The notes under the pieces are model-generated. The model did no database searches. It had not been told where the DNA came from and worked only from the letters and a program-made list of their open reading frames with translations. Shown in pieces: positions 16,425-24,307 of a stretch of DNA of 34,225 nucleotides. The translations under genes were made by a program, and so were the position numbers. The DNA comes from a virus. Lineage: Duplodnaviria; Caudoviricetes. Where the stretch lies: the IMG/VR virus record IMGVR_UViG_3300032136_000014, positions 1 through 34,225 of that record; one strand, 5' to 3'. Within the stretch, counting starts at the first letter, position 1. Every line of letters starts with the position of its first letter.

Positions 16425-16500
16425 CTTTACAAGTATGAAATCTTCAACGATAATGAACTCAGGTTGGAGGAACGGCCTCCAACCAGAAAAGTGAGATAAG
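16425..16500 (+). promoter_or_regulatory. Early promoter-hairpin cassette, copy 2
   Basis: TTTACA-N17-GATAAT and the same 9-bp hairpin; exactly 1900 bp after copy 1. Confidence 0.85.
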
Positions 16501-16504
16501 TGAA

Positions 16505-17101
16505 ATGAAACTGAACAAAGCACAATCTGAAGTCTTCAACGCCATCGCTGACATCGATGACATCGGCACTTTCACCCCGCATCACGTAGCTGAGCTGGTC
16601 GGTAAGACCTACAACGCAGTGCGCCGCCACTTCCCCGCCCTGGTCGAGGCCGGCCTGATCGAGAAGGTTGGCAAGGGCGTCTACGCCCTGGTCGAGCCAG
16701 AGCAGAAGCCCGCCAAGGCTGAGAAGCCCGCCAAGGCTGAGAAGCCCGCCAAGGCCAAGTCTACTGCACATCGCGGCGCTACCAAGGGCAGCACCAAGAT
16801 GCGCACTGACAATGTTGCTGCCAGCGACACGCTGAGCGACCTTTGTGACGAGCTTCAGGGTCATGATGGTTACGACGCTCGCATCGCTGCCTGCGGCCGG
16901 GTCGCTGTACGCGGTCTGAAGGCCCTTACCTACATTGGCATGGTAAAGGGTGGGGGCTACCGGGTAACGACCTACCACGGCGCTAACATCGACGCTGTGC
17001 ATGCTCTCTTGCCTGAAGGCTACGTGGTCGGCTCCGGTGCCACCAGGGTGGTGCTCAACAGCGAGGCCGCAGTCAAGAAGCTGCTGAAGAAACTTTCCTA
17101 A
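16505..17101 (+). CDS. Winged-HTH DNA-binding protein with (E/Q)KPAKA repeat linker
   Basis: TPHHVAELVGKTYNAVRRHFPALVEAGLIEKVGKGVY wHTH pattern; histone-like Lys/Ala linker. Confidence 0.7.
   Translation: MKLNKAQSEVFNAIADIDDIGTFTPHHVAELVGKTYNAVRRHFPALVEAGLIEKVGKGVYALVEPEQKPAKAEKPAKAEKPAKAKSTAHRGATKGSTKMRTDNVAASDTLSDLCDELQGHDGYDARIAACGRVAVRGLKALTYIGMVKGGGYRVTTYHGANIDAVHALLPEGYVVGSGATRVVLNSEAAVKKLLKKLS
16704..16755 (+). repeat. Three tandem 18-bp units AGAAGCCCGCCAAGGCTG (KPAKAE)
   Basis: Read directly; the third copy is truncated/diverged. Confidence 0.9.
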
Positions 17102-17113
17102 CCTACACCCAAC

Positions 17114-17133
17114 AAGGGGGCTTCGGCCCCCTT
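17114..17133 (+). terminator. cUUCGg tetraloop hairpin (terminator or stabiliser)
   Basis: AAGGGGGC-TTCG-GCCCCCTT after the stop of 16505..17101; short U-tract. Confidence 0.6.
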
Positions 17134-17151
17134 CTCAATATGGAGAATGTG

Positions 17152-17529
17152 ATGAGTGAAATTAGTGAACTGATGAAAGAGCTTGCCGCGCTGAAGCGTC
17201 GCAAGGACACCGCCGATCGCAAGGCTGCCGCGATAACGAAAGAGTACGACGACAAGCGCGCTGAAGTGCTCGGCCTGCTGAACGAAGAGCACCTCACATC
17301 TGCCAAGAGCGGCAAGGTTTCGGCTGCCGTCTATCAGGCAGAGATCATTGAGGTCGAAGACCGTGATGCATTCACCCAGTGGATCATTAGAAATAAGGCC
17401 ATCGATGCACTGCAGTTCCGGCCAGCGCTGAAAGCCCTGCAGGATCGTCGTGAAGACCAGCGTGGCGGCAAGATACCGGGCATCAAGTTCGGCAAGGTGC
17501 GCCGGTTGCGTGTGACGGTCGGTAAGTAG
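17152..17529 (+). CDS. Coiled-coil phage protein (Gam/Gp157-like, recombination-associated)
   Basis: N-terminal coiled coil and EVEDRDAF...IPGI C-terminal pattern; precedes the SSB-like gene; start set at ATG 17152 after GGAG. Confidence 0.5.
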   Translation: MSEISELMKELAALKRRKDTADRKAAAITKEYDDKRAEVLGLLNEEHLTSAKSGKVSAAVYQAEIIEVEDRDAFTQWIIRNKAIDALQFRPALKALQDRREDQRGGKIPGIKFGKVRRLRVTVGK

Positions 17530-17629
17530 CGTTCACTTGCCCCACCTGGGCGAAATAGTAACCTTGGTGGGGCAAGTGCAACATGTGTGAGAACCATCGG
17601 GCTAAGCCCGTACAATTTGAGGAATGAAG

Positions 17630-18436
17630 ATGGCTACAAAGAAAGCATTGGTATCTATGGCAGATATCGAGAAGCAGATGGCCGCTGATGCTCGTAATGA
17701 GTACGACAGCGAAAAGACTGGAGGCGGCGGATTGCAGATCGGGATTCGCGGCAGCGAGTTCCGCATGAACGGTGAAGATCTCGGCGATGAGATGGACGTG
17801 GTGGTGGTGGCGACAGCCTACGAGCATGCGTGGTATGACTCAGCGTACAATCCGGATGACCCGCAACCACCGGCATGCTTTGCTATCGGCGAAGATGAAG
17901 ATGACCTTGCGCCACACGCCGACAGCCCGAACCCCCAGGCAGACAGCTGCGCTGACTGTGAGTTGAACGAATGGGGGTCTAGCGAAACCGGACGTGGTAA
18001 GGCCTGTAAAAATTCTCGTCGCCTTGCTCTGCTGGCTGCCGGTGAAGACGGCATTGCACTCGGCGAGATGCCAACCATCAAGGTGCCGCCTGCCAGCCTG
18101 CGCAACTATTCTGGCTACGCCAAACGATCCACCAAGACCACCGGCCGGCCTACTTACGGACTGATCACCAAGATTGGTTTCGATGAGACTGCCGACTACG
18201 AAACCCTGACATTCGAACTGGCTGGCAAGATCGACGACGTAGAGGACATGCAAGGCATCCTCGGGCTGCGTGAGACGGCCCAGGAGCTTGTTCTTGAGCC
18301 GTTCGATACTAGCGGATACAAGGACCCCGAAGAACTGCGCAAAGCTCGCAGAGCAGCGCCTAAGCGGCGTGTTGCTAAGAAGGCAACGGCAAAGAAAAAG
18401 GCCACCGTCAAACGTGGTCGGTCAAAAATGAGCTGA
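17630..18436 (+). CDS. Putative single-stranded DNA-binding/annealing protein with Zn site and basic tail
   Basis: PPACFA, SCADCELNEWGS, GKACKNSRRLA, VPPASLRNY motifs typical of phage replication-module SSB-like proteins; start ATG 17630 after GAGGA. Confidence 0.65.
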   Translation: MATKKALVSMADIEKQMAADARNEYDSEKTGGGGLQIGIRGSEFRMNGEDLGDEMDVVVVATAYEHAWYDSAYNPDDPQPPACFAIGEDEDDLAPHADSPNPQADSCADCELNEWGSSETGRGKACKNSRRLALLAAGEDGIALGEMPTIKVPPASLRNYSGYAKRSTKTTGRPTYGLITKIGFDETADYETLTFELAGKIDDVEDMQGILGLRETAQELVLEPFDTSGYKDPEELRKARRAAPKRRVAKKATAKKKATVKRGRSKMS

Positions 18437-18441
18437 TGCTC

Positions 18442-18475
18442 AGAGCGGCGTTCAAATTACACAGAGCGCCGCTCT
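18442..18475 (+). terminator. Hairpin after SSB-like gene
   Basis: AGAGCGGCG...CGCCGCTCT 9-bp stem, extendable with TTC/GAG; no strong U-tract. Confidence 0.45.
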
Positions 18476-18494
18476 ACTCCACTGAGGTAGAACA

Positions 18495-18737
18495 ATGGGC
18501 AAGAAACGAGGACCCTGTCTGGTCTGTACGTGCTCATCATACAAATTCCCTCACAGGCTAGGCGGTGGCCGTTGCTCTGGTGAAGATTGGGTGCAGCAGC
18601 AGCGTCTGTTTGGCGACTCTAGAGTGTGCCAGACATGCAGCGAAAATGAAGGTCACAGCTGTGCTCCCGCCGAAGGCCGTGAGCGCCTAATCCACTGCCA
18701 AGTGTATATAGATGCGCTACACGAGCAAGGAATCTGA
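18495..18737 (+). CDS. Small Cys-rich hypothetical protein
   Basis: GAGGT RBS; CLVCTC..FPHR.GGG.C and CQTC motifs. Confidence 0.6.
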   Translation: MGKKRGPCLVCTCSSYKFPHRLGGGRCSGEDWVQQQRLFGDSRVCQTCSENEGHSCAPAEGRERLIHCQVYIDALHEQGI

Positions 18738-18738
18738 A

Positions 18739-19272
18739 ATGAGAAATATTTCCATAGACCTTGAAACGCTTGGCATTTTGCCAGGAGCTGCTATCGCGTC
18801 TATAGGCATGGCAGAATTCGACTCATCGGGAGTGATAGATAGCGTTCAGATCAACGTTAGCCTAACCTCTTGTCAGGCAGCTGGTTTGAATGTAACCGCC
18901 GACACCGTAGTGTGGTGGTTCATGCAAAGTGAAGAAGCTCGCCGTAACCTTTTCAATCCTAAGCCGGTACTACTTGAGACGGCATTGCGCAAGGTAAGTA
19001 AGATTGTTGACCAGGATAGCACCCTTGTCTGGGGGAATGGAGCGTCATTCGACTTAGGAATCTTGGCAGCTGCCTACCGCGCTGTTGATCAAGACAAGCC
19101 CTGGCACTTTCGCCATGAGCGCGATGTGCGAACCGCTAAGGACCTTGGCAAGAGGATGGGGCTAAAGCTGCCAGAGCGGCCTACTGAAGGGCACCACACA
19201 GCAATTGTTGATGCTGAGTATCAGGCTGAGATTGTTGCCGCCGTATTCAGGCAATGCAATGTACGTAATTGA
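18739..19272 (+). CDS. DEDDh 3'-5' exonuclease (exonuclease VIII/Rv2179c-like)
   Basis: IDLETLG, VWGNGASFD, RDVRT, HTAIVDAEYQA; start ATG 18739. Confidence 0.85.
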   Translation: MRNISIDLETLGILPGAAIASIGMAEFDSSGVIDSVQINVSLTSCQAAGLNVTADTVVWWFMQSEEARRNLFNPKPVLLETALRKVSKIVDQDSTLVWGNGASFDLGILAAAYRAVDQDKPWHFRHERDVRTAKDLGKRMGLKLPERPTEGHHTAIVDAEYQAEIVAAVFRQCNVRN

Positions 19273-21064
19273 CTTTGAGACTGAGGCCATAGTACCGGGG
19301 TCGCCACATCCACCGCGCCCGGTCGGGTTAGCTGTCAAGCACCCAAACCGCAAATCTCAGTACTTAGCCTTCGGTCACGGCATTGAGAATAACGCCACCC
19401 CCGCTCAGGCAGAAGATATCCTTCATAAAGCATGGCGCAGCCACATGCTTTTTCACAATGCTAAATTTGACTTGGCTGTCGCCATGCATTGGTTCAATTT
19501 ACCCATGCCGAGCGATCCTCTCAAGGTGCATGACACCCTGTTCCTGGCGTACCTAAACGATCCACGTGCACCCTCTCTAGAGCTGAAAGACCTTGCCAGC
19601 GATCATCTTGGTATCGCACCAGATGAGCAAGAGGAACTACGTGACTGGCTGTTCGCTAACGTGCCTGGAGCGAGGCAGGCCAAAAAGAGCTGGGGTAAGT
19701 ACATTTCACGCGGTCCTGGCAAACTGGTGGGGCGCTATGCAATAGGTGACGTTGACAGAACCCTTGCCCTATTCGATCACTTCATGCCAGTGATTAGTGA
19801 GTGGGATATGGTTGAAGCGTATCAGCGCGAACAGCGCCTGCTACCAGTCATTCTTGATATGGAACGCGAAGGCGTGCCAATCTCCGACCGGGTGCATGAC
19901 GTTCTGGCAGAGCAGCAAGCGCGCTTTGACGCAGCAGAGAAGCGTATCCTACGTAAAGTTGGAGACATCAAGATTGGGCACGGCCCATCGCTTTACAAAG
20001 CTCTCTGCGGCCTGAATCTGGTGGACCACGAAAGGGTTAATAGAACTGAGAAAGGCAACCCCATGACCGGCCGCGATGAAGTCGTGAACTGGTGTACTGA
20101 TCGTAAGATGGTTGAAGACCTCGCAGTGCGCAGTCGACTCAGTAAGGTCCTCGGCACCTACCTAAAGCCGTGGGCGGAAGCACAGGACGCCCATGGACGA
20201 TTCTTCCCCTACTTCAATCAGACGCGCAGTCCTGAGGATCGTGGCACCCGCACTGGCCGCCTGTCGTCGAACTTTCAACAAGTCCCCCGTGAGCCAGATG
20301 AAGAGCTGAATTTACCATACCTTAGAGATCTGATAATTCCAGAGCGCGGCCATATAATCAACGCACGGGACTACTCTTCTCAAGAGGTGCGCATACTAGC
20401 TCACTACGCCGAGGGGGCGCTACTCGAAGCGTACAAGCAGAACCCGGACCTTGACGTTCACCAGTGGGTACGAGATCTGATACATACGCTTGTTGGTCTG
20501 GATCTCAAGCGGTCACCCGTTAAGCAGGCTAACTTTCTACAGATCTACGGTGGTGGAGCACCGGCTTTAAGCCGGAACATACCTTGTCCAGAAGATGAGG
20601 CACGGCGAATACTCAAGGCACATCGCCGAGCACTACCAGAAGTCAAGGAACTGTCCAGCGAGCTGACAAGCATGGCCAAAGCTGGTGAATTTATAAGAAC
20701 TTGGGGCGGCCGCCTATACGAAGTTGAAGAGGGGTTTAGTAAGTCAGGATCCTGGGAAAAGCTATTCTATAAGCTCATCAACGTGCTCATACAGGGCAGC
20801 GCAGCAGACCAGACTAAGGAGTTGATGATCAGCTACTACAACCACCCAAAGCGCGAAGGTCGCATATTACTGCAAGTGCATGACGAGCTGCTTACCAGCA
20901 CGCCGAAGCGCGCGCAGAAACGTGACATGTGCCTGCTTAGAGATCTGATGAATGACTCGACAAAGTGGGATGTACCAATGCGCTCTGACGGTAAGACCGG
21001 GTTGACCTGGGGCAGTGCTGCAGAATATGATGACGCTAAGTGTCTACGAAAGAGGAGAGCCTGA
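19259..21064 (+). CDS. Family A DNA polymerase with proofreading domain
   Basis: Exo I DFETE, Exo II FHNAKFD, Exo III YAIGD; TGRLSS; motif A DYSSQEVR; motif B RSPVKQANFLQIYG; motif C VHDE. Confidence 0.95.
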   Translation: MYVIDFETEAIVPGSPHPPRPVGLAVKHPNRKSQYLAFGHGIENNATPAQAEDILHKAWRSHMLFHNAKFDLAVAMHWFNLPMPSDPLKVHDTLFLAYLNDPRAPSLELKDLASDHLGIAPDEQEELRDWLFANVPGARQAKKSWGKYISRGPGKLVGRYAIGDVDRTLALFDHFMPVISEWDMVEAYQREQRLLPVILDMEREGVPISDRVHDVLAEQQARFDAAEKRILRKVGDIKIGHGPSLYKALCGLNLVDHERVNRTEKGNPMTGRDEVVNWCTDRKMVEDLAVRSRLSKVLGTYLKPWAEAQDAHGRFFPYFNQTRSPEDRGTRTGRLSSNFQQVPREPDEELNLPYLRDLIIPERGHIINARDYSSQEVRILAHYAEGALLEAYKQNPDLDVHQWVRDLIHTLVGLDLKRSPVKQANFLQIYGGGAPALSRNIPCPEDEARRILKAHRRALPEVKELSSELTSMAKAGEFIRTWGGRLYEVEEGFSKSGSWEKLFYKLINVLIQGSAADQTKELMISYYNHPKREGRILLQVHDELLTSTPKRAQKRDMCLLRDLMNDSTKWDVPMRSDGKTGLTWGSAAEYDDAKCLRKRRA

Positions 21065-21222
21065 TGGACAAGATTAATGTTCGAATAGAAGAGCTATTGA
21101 GAGAGCTCAGTCATGAGATCGCCTTCACCAATGAACTTCAATGGGGGTTAGAGGCTAACCAGGAAGCCATACGACTGCATATGCTTCTTATACGTCGGGA
21201 GAAAGAAAGTGAAAAAAGGTAA
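21064..21222 (+). CDS. Hypothetical protein (52 aa)
   Basis: GAGGAG RBS; TGATG coupling with the polymerase stop. Confidence 0.5.
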   Translation: MDKINVRIEELLRELSHEIAFTNELQWGLEANQEAIRLHMLLIRREKESEKR

Positions 21223-21871
21223 CGGTGTAAAGAATTGGAGCCTGTCCGCTCTGCAGTGCTATGAGTCGTGCCCTGCCAAGTACAAGGCCGAGCGTATCGA
21301 CAAGGTAGGCAAAAAGATGTCTAGCCCAGCCATGGAGCGTGGCATCAGCATTCATGCCAAGGGCGAAGGATTCCTACGTGGCGACATACCGAACGTACCA
21401 AAAGAGTACGAGGGCTTCAAGACAGAGATGCGCAATCTGAAGAAAGCTGGTGCCATACCTGAGGAGAAGATAGCTTTCACGAAGGACTGGCAGCTGACTG
21501 ACTTCTTCAGCAGACAAGCGTGGCTGCGCATGGTTGTCGACGTACAATTGGAGTCCCATGACGGCGGCATGTTCGCTATCGACTTCAAGACCGGTAGAGT
21601 GTACGCCGACAAGCACGACGATCAAGCGCACCTGTACTCAACCGGATACCTGTCACTTGGCTACCCTCGGGTAGATATCGAATTCTGGTATCTTGATCAA
21701 AACGATATCAGAACGTACAGCCATAATGATTCTTGCGCCGATGATTATCGCACATACTGGGAGAAGCGAATCGAACCGCTGTTCACTGACACCGACTGGA
21801 AGGCCACGCCTAGCAAGTTTGGCTGTCGGTACTGCGCCATCAACGCATCATGTAAGTATGCTGAGGTCTGA
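21209..21871 (+). CDS. Cas4-like / RecB-family PD-(D/E)XK exonuclease
   Basis: WSLSAL..YESCP, ERGISIH, VVD, IDFKTG, QAHLY and C-terminal CRYC.....C Fe-S cysteines. Confidence 0.85.
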   Translation: MKKGNGVKNWSLSALQCYESCPAKYKAERIDKVGKKMSSPAMERGISIHAKGEGFLRGDIPNVPKEYEGFKTEMRNLKKAGAIPEEKIAFTKDWQLTDFFSRQAWLRMVVDVQLESHDGGMFAIDFKTGRVYADKHDDQAHLYSTGYLSLGYPRVDIEFWYLDQNDIRTYSHNDSCADDYRTYWEKRIEPLFTDTDWKATPSKFGCRYCAINASCKYAEV

Positions 21872-22166
21872 GCCACCGGTTGAGACCAAGGCAGAGAATA
21901 AGTTCCGGTTGTGGGTGGAGAAGGAACGCAAGGAACTGTGCTTCAAAATAAACCCCCTCGGCCGAGCAGGGCTGCCTGACAGGATCATCGTAGGTAAGGA
22001 TCGTTTGATTTTCTTTATTGAGTTCAAACGAGCGGGTAAGACGCCTAGAAAGCTGCAAACCTACATTCACAAACTATTGCGAGAGTTCGGATTTAATGTC
22101 TACGTTTGCTACAGCCTTGAAGAAGCGCAAGAAGCCTACTGGAAAGAGCGCGCCGCTCTCTGGTAA
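21858..22166 (+). CDS. VRR-NUC domain nuclease
   Basis: GRAGLPDRII, FFIEFKR.GKTPRKLQ, GFNVYV; start set at ATG 21858. Confidence 0.9.
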   Translation: MLRSEPPVETKAENKFRLWVEKERKELCFKINPLGRAGLPDRIIVGKDRLIFFIEFKRAGKTPRKLQTYIHKLLREFGFNVYVCYSLEEAQEAYWKERAALW

Positions 22167-23523
22167 TGTGCAGCCTCACCCTTACCAGAAGGATGCTATA
22201 GGCTGGATCGTTGACAGAGCCATATCAGGACTGTTCCTAGCTCCTGGTCTTGGTAAGACTCTCATATCACTGGAGGCGTTTGACATCTTACGCCGCACTG
22301 ATAAGTTAGAAAGGACATTAGTGGTAGCGCCGTTGCGCGTTTGTTACAATGTGTGGCCAGCTGAAGTGAAAAAATGGGGTTATGAATTCTCTGTTGGTAT
22401 CCTGCATGGACCGGACAAGTTGAAGGTATTGAATGAAGACCATGACATCTACGTCATCAACCCTGAGGGATTGGTGTGGTTTGCTTCTCAGATGGCGCAC
22501 GGCTTTGCGCGCAAATGGTTTGCCTACAAGTTCTGGCTAATTGTTGATGAGAGTAGTCTGTTCCGGAACGGTCGCAGCAAACGGTTCAAGACACTAAAGA
22601 AACTTTTGAAGTACTTCAACCGTAGAACGATCCTTACAGGTACGCCAGCGCCTAACGGTCTAGAGGGGCTATGGGGGCAGTTGTACATTCTTGATCGCGG
22701 CGATCGCTTAGGTGAGTACATCACAGCGTTTCGCAATAGATGGTTCTATCCAAGCGGTTACGGTGGCTATACGTACATGCCGCAAGAAGGTGCGAAGGAA
22801 AAGATATACAGTGCCATAAAAGACATTGTCATGCATAAAGGCAGAGAAGAGCTGAACCTGCCACCTCTTATCAATAATAAAGTCGTGGTATCTCTCGACG
22901 ACGATCCTGTAGCTCGCAACGTATACAGCGAAATGAAGGATGAATTCATAGCAGATGTAGGAGAGCGCGGATTAGTGGCAGCCATCAACGGAGCAGTAAT
23001 GAATGGTAAGCTGCGACAGATCACGGCCGGTGCAGTGTACAATGAAGACCATGAGGCGATCGAGATACACAGCAAAAAGCTAGAGGCACTCGACGATCTG
23101 ATTGAGGAGCTAGAGGGACAGCCGCTTATGATCTTCTATGAGTTTGAGTTCGAGCGCGATAGATTACTCAAACGATACAAGCAGGCGAAGGCATTAGGCG
23201 GTGGTACTTCTCCTAAGCAGGGCATGCGGATAGAAGAAGATTGGAACGCTGGCAATATACCGATACTGCTCCTACATCCCAAGTCTGGAGGGCATGGTCT
23301 GAACCTGCAAAAATCATCATGCCATGACTTATGTTGGATGACCATACCATGGGATGCGGAACTATACGAGCAGGCCTATTCAAGAGTGTGGCGGCAGGGC
23401 GTTGACGACTCAGTGACCATGCATCACATCATCGCCATTGATACGATCGACGAGCAGGTTGTGCAAGCTCTCATAAACAAGACCAAGCTGCAGGATGAAT
23501 TGAAGGCGGCCCTTACAAGATAG
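22096..23523 (+). CDS. SNF2-family (DEAD/DEAH-like) helicase
   Basis: PHPYQ, PGLGKT, VVAPLRV, IVDESS, LTGTP, GHGLNLQ, QAYSRVWRQG; start uncertain (ATG 22096 or GTG 22168). Confidence 0.92.
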   Translation: MSTFATALKKRKKPTGKSAPLSGNVQPHPYQKDAIGWIVDRAISGLFLAPGLGKTLISLEAFDILRRTDKLERTLVVAPLRVCYNVWPAEVKKWGYEFSVGILHGPDKLKVLNEDHDIYVINPEGLVWFASQMAHGFARKWFAYKFWLIVDESSLFRNGRSKRFKTLKKLLKYFNRRTILTGTPAPNGLEGLWGQLYILDRGDRLGEYITAFRNRWFYPSGYGGYTYMPQEGAKEKIYSAIKDIVMHKGREELNLPPLINNKVVVSLDDDPVARNVYSEMKDEFIADVGERGLVAAINGAVMNGKLRQITAGAVYNEDHEAIEIHSKKLEALDDLIEELEGQPLMIFYEFEFERDRLLKRYKQAKALGGGTSPKQGMRIEEDWNAGNIPILLLHPKSGGHGLNLQKSSCHDLCWMTIPWDAELYEQAYSRVWRQGVDDSVTMHHIIAIDTIDEQVVQALINKTKLQDELKAALTR

Positions 23524-23552
23524 TTTACAAGCTAGAATTATTCTAGCATAAT
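23524..23552 (+). promoter_or_regulatory. Sigma70-like promoter with palindromic spacer
   Basis: TTTACA-N17-CATAAT; the spacer holds GCTAGAAT-T-ATTCTAGC. Confidence 0.7.
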
Positions 23553-23596
23553 GTAATTTCCAGATAAGCCCGACACCGTCGGTAGAGGCAAGTATT

Positions 23597-24241
23597 ATGA
23601 ATATTGCTGTGAAGAAGTTGATGGACCATGCCATCAACGTGGTGAGTAAAAGTGAAGGAAGTGCGAAGGACTTACGCATAGCTGTTGTTGAGCAGATTGA
23701 TATCAGGCTCGGCAGTCGGCTGCCAGCTGAATTGTTAGAGCTCGTAAAGGAGCTCGACATCAACGTCGGGTCTAAGGTAAAGCTCGGCGACCTTCTGTCA
23801 AAAGTGAAGGCCGCTGTCTTTAAGGAACTCCGTGTAAAACAGTTCCCCGATGGTGACTTTAGCATCCTGAGGGACTCCCCCATACCTGTGCCAGAACCTG
23901 TAATGACTAACCAAGAGGAAACTACCATGCCTGCAAAATCCACCAGTAAGAAAAGCGCAAAGAAGTCAGCGCCCCGCAAGACCACCGGCCGTACTACCGG
24001 CTCGCGTCTGTCCACCTACAGCCTTGGCATTACGAAAGCCCAGCTGAAAAAACTTGAAGGCTATTCTCCGCAAGCCCTGGGCATCATGCAGGCAGTTTCT
24101 GAGTGTGGCGGCAAGAACGTCGATCGTCAAGACCTGCTGGCGTCGATGCCGAACTACGTGGAATCCAAGCAGCCCATGAGCTCCATCCTGTCATTCTATC
24201 AGAAAAAGCTCATCGCCGATGGTCTGCTGAAGGCCGAGTGA
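23597..24241 (+). CDS. Putative DNA-binding protein with Lys-rich segment; probable internal start at 23927
   Basis: Open 214-aa frame; strong internal RBS (AAGAGGAAACTACC-ATG) before MPAKSTSKKSAKKSAPRK. Confidence 0.6.
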   Translation: MNIAVKKLMDHAINVVSKSEGSAKDLRIAVVEQIDIRLGSRLPAELLELVKELDINVGSKVKLGDLLSKVKAAVFKELRVKQFPDGDFSILRDSPIPVPEPVMTNQEETTMPAKSTSKKSAKKSAPRKTTGRTTGSRLSTYSLGITKAQLKKLEGYSPQALGIMQAVSECGGKNVDRQDLLASMPNYVESKQPMSSILSFYQKKLIADGLLKAE

Positions 24242-24263
24242 TAGCAGCGTCGTCAACTACCAC

Positions 24264-24290
24264 AGCCCGGCGATAAGCCGGGCTTTTTAT
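24264..24290 (+). terminator. Rho-independent terminator
   Basis: AGCCCGGC-GATAA-GCCGGGCT followed by TTTTAT. Confidence 0.8.
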
Positions 24291-24307
24291 GCTAGGGAGA
24301 TAAGTGA

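Noticed and set aside
14525-16500. 76-bp repeats as a CRISPR mini-array or att sites
   Set aside because: Only two copies, 1.9 kb apart, with clear promoter architecture; no integrase in the window.
19259-21064. Unusual polymerase adapted to modified nucleotides, or an intein
   Set aside because: Motifs A, B (Phe at the 762-equivalent) and C look canonical and the length leaves no room for an intein; specificity cannot be read from sequence.
21209-21871. Cas4-like gene as part of a CRISPR-Cas system
   Set aside because: No cas1/cas2 and no repeat-spacer array; solo Cas4-like nucleases are usual in PolA/VRR-NUC/SNF2 phage modules.
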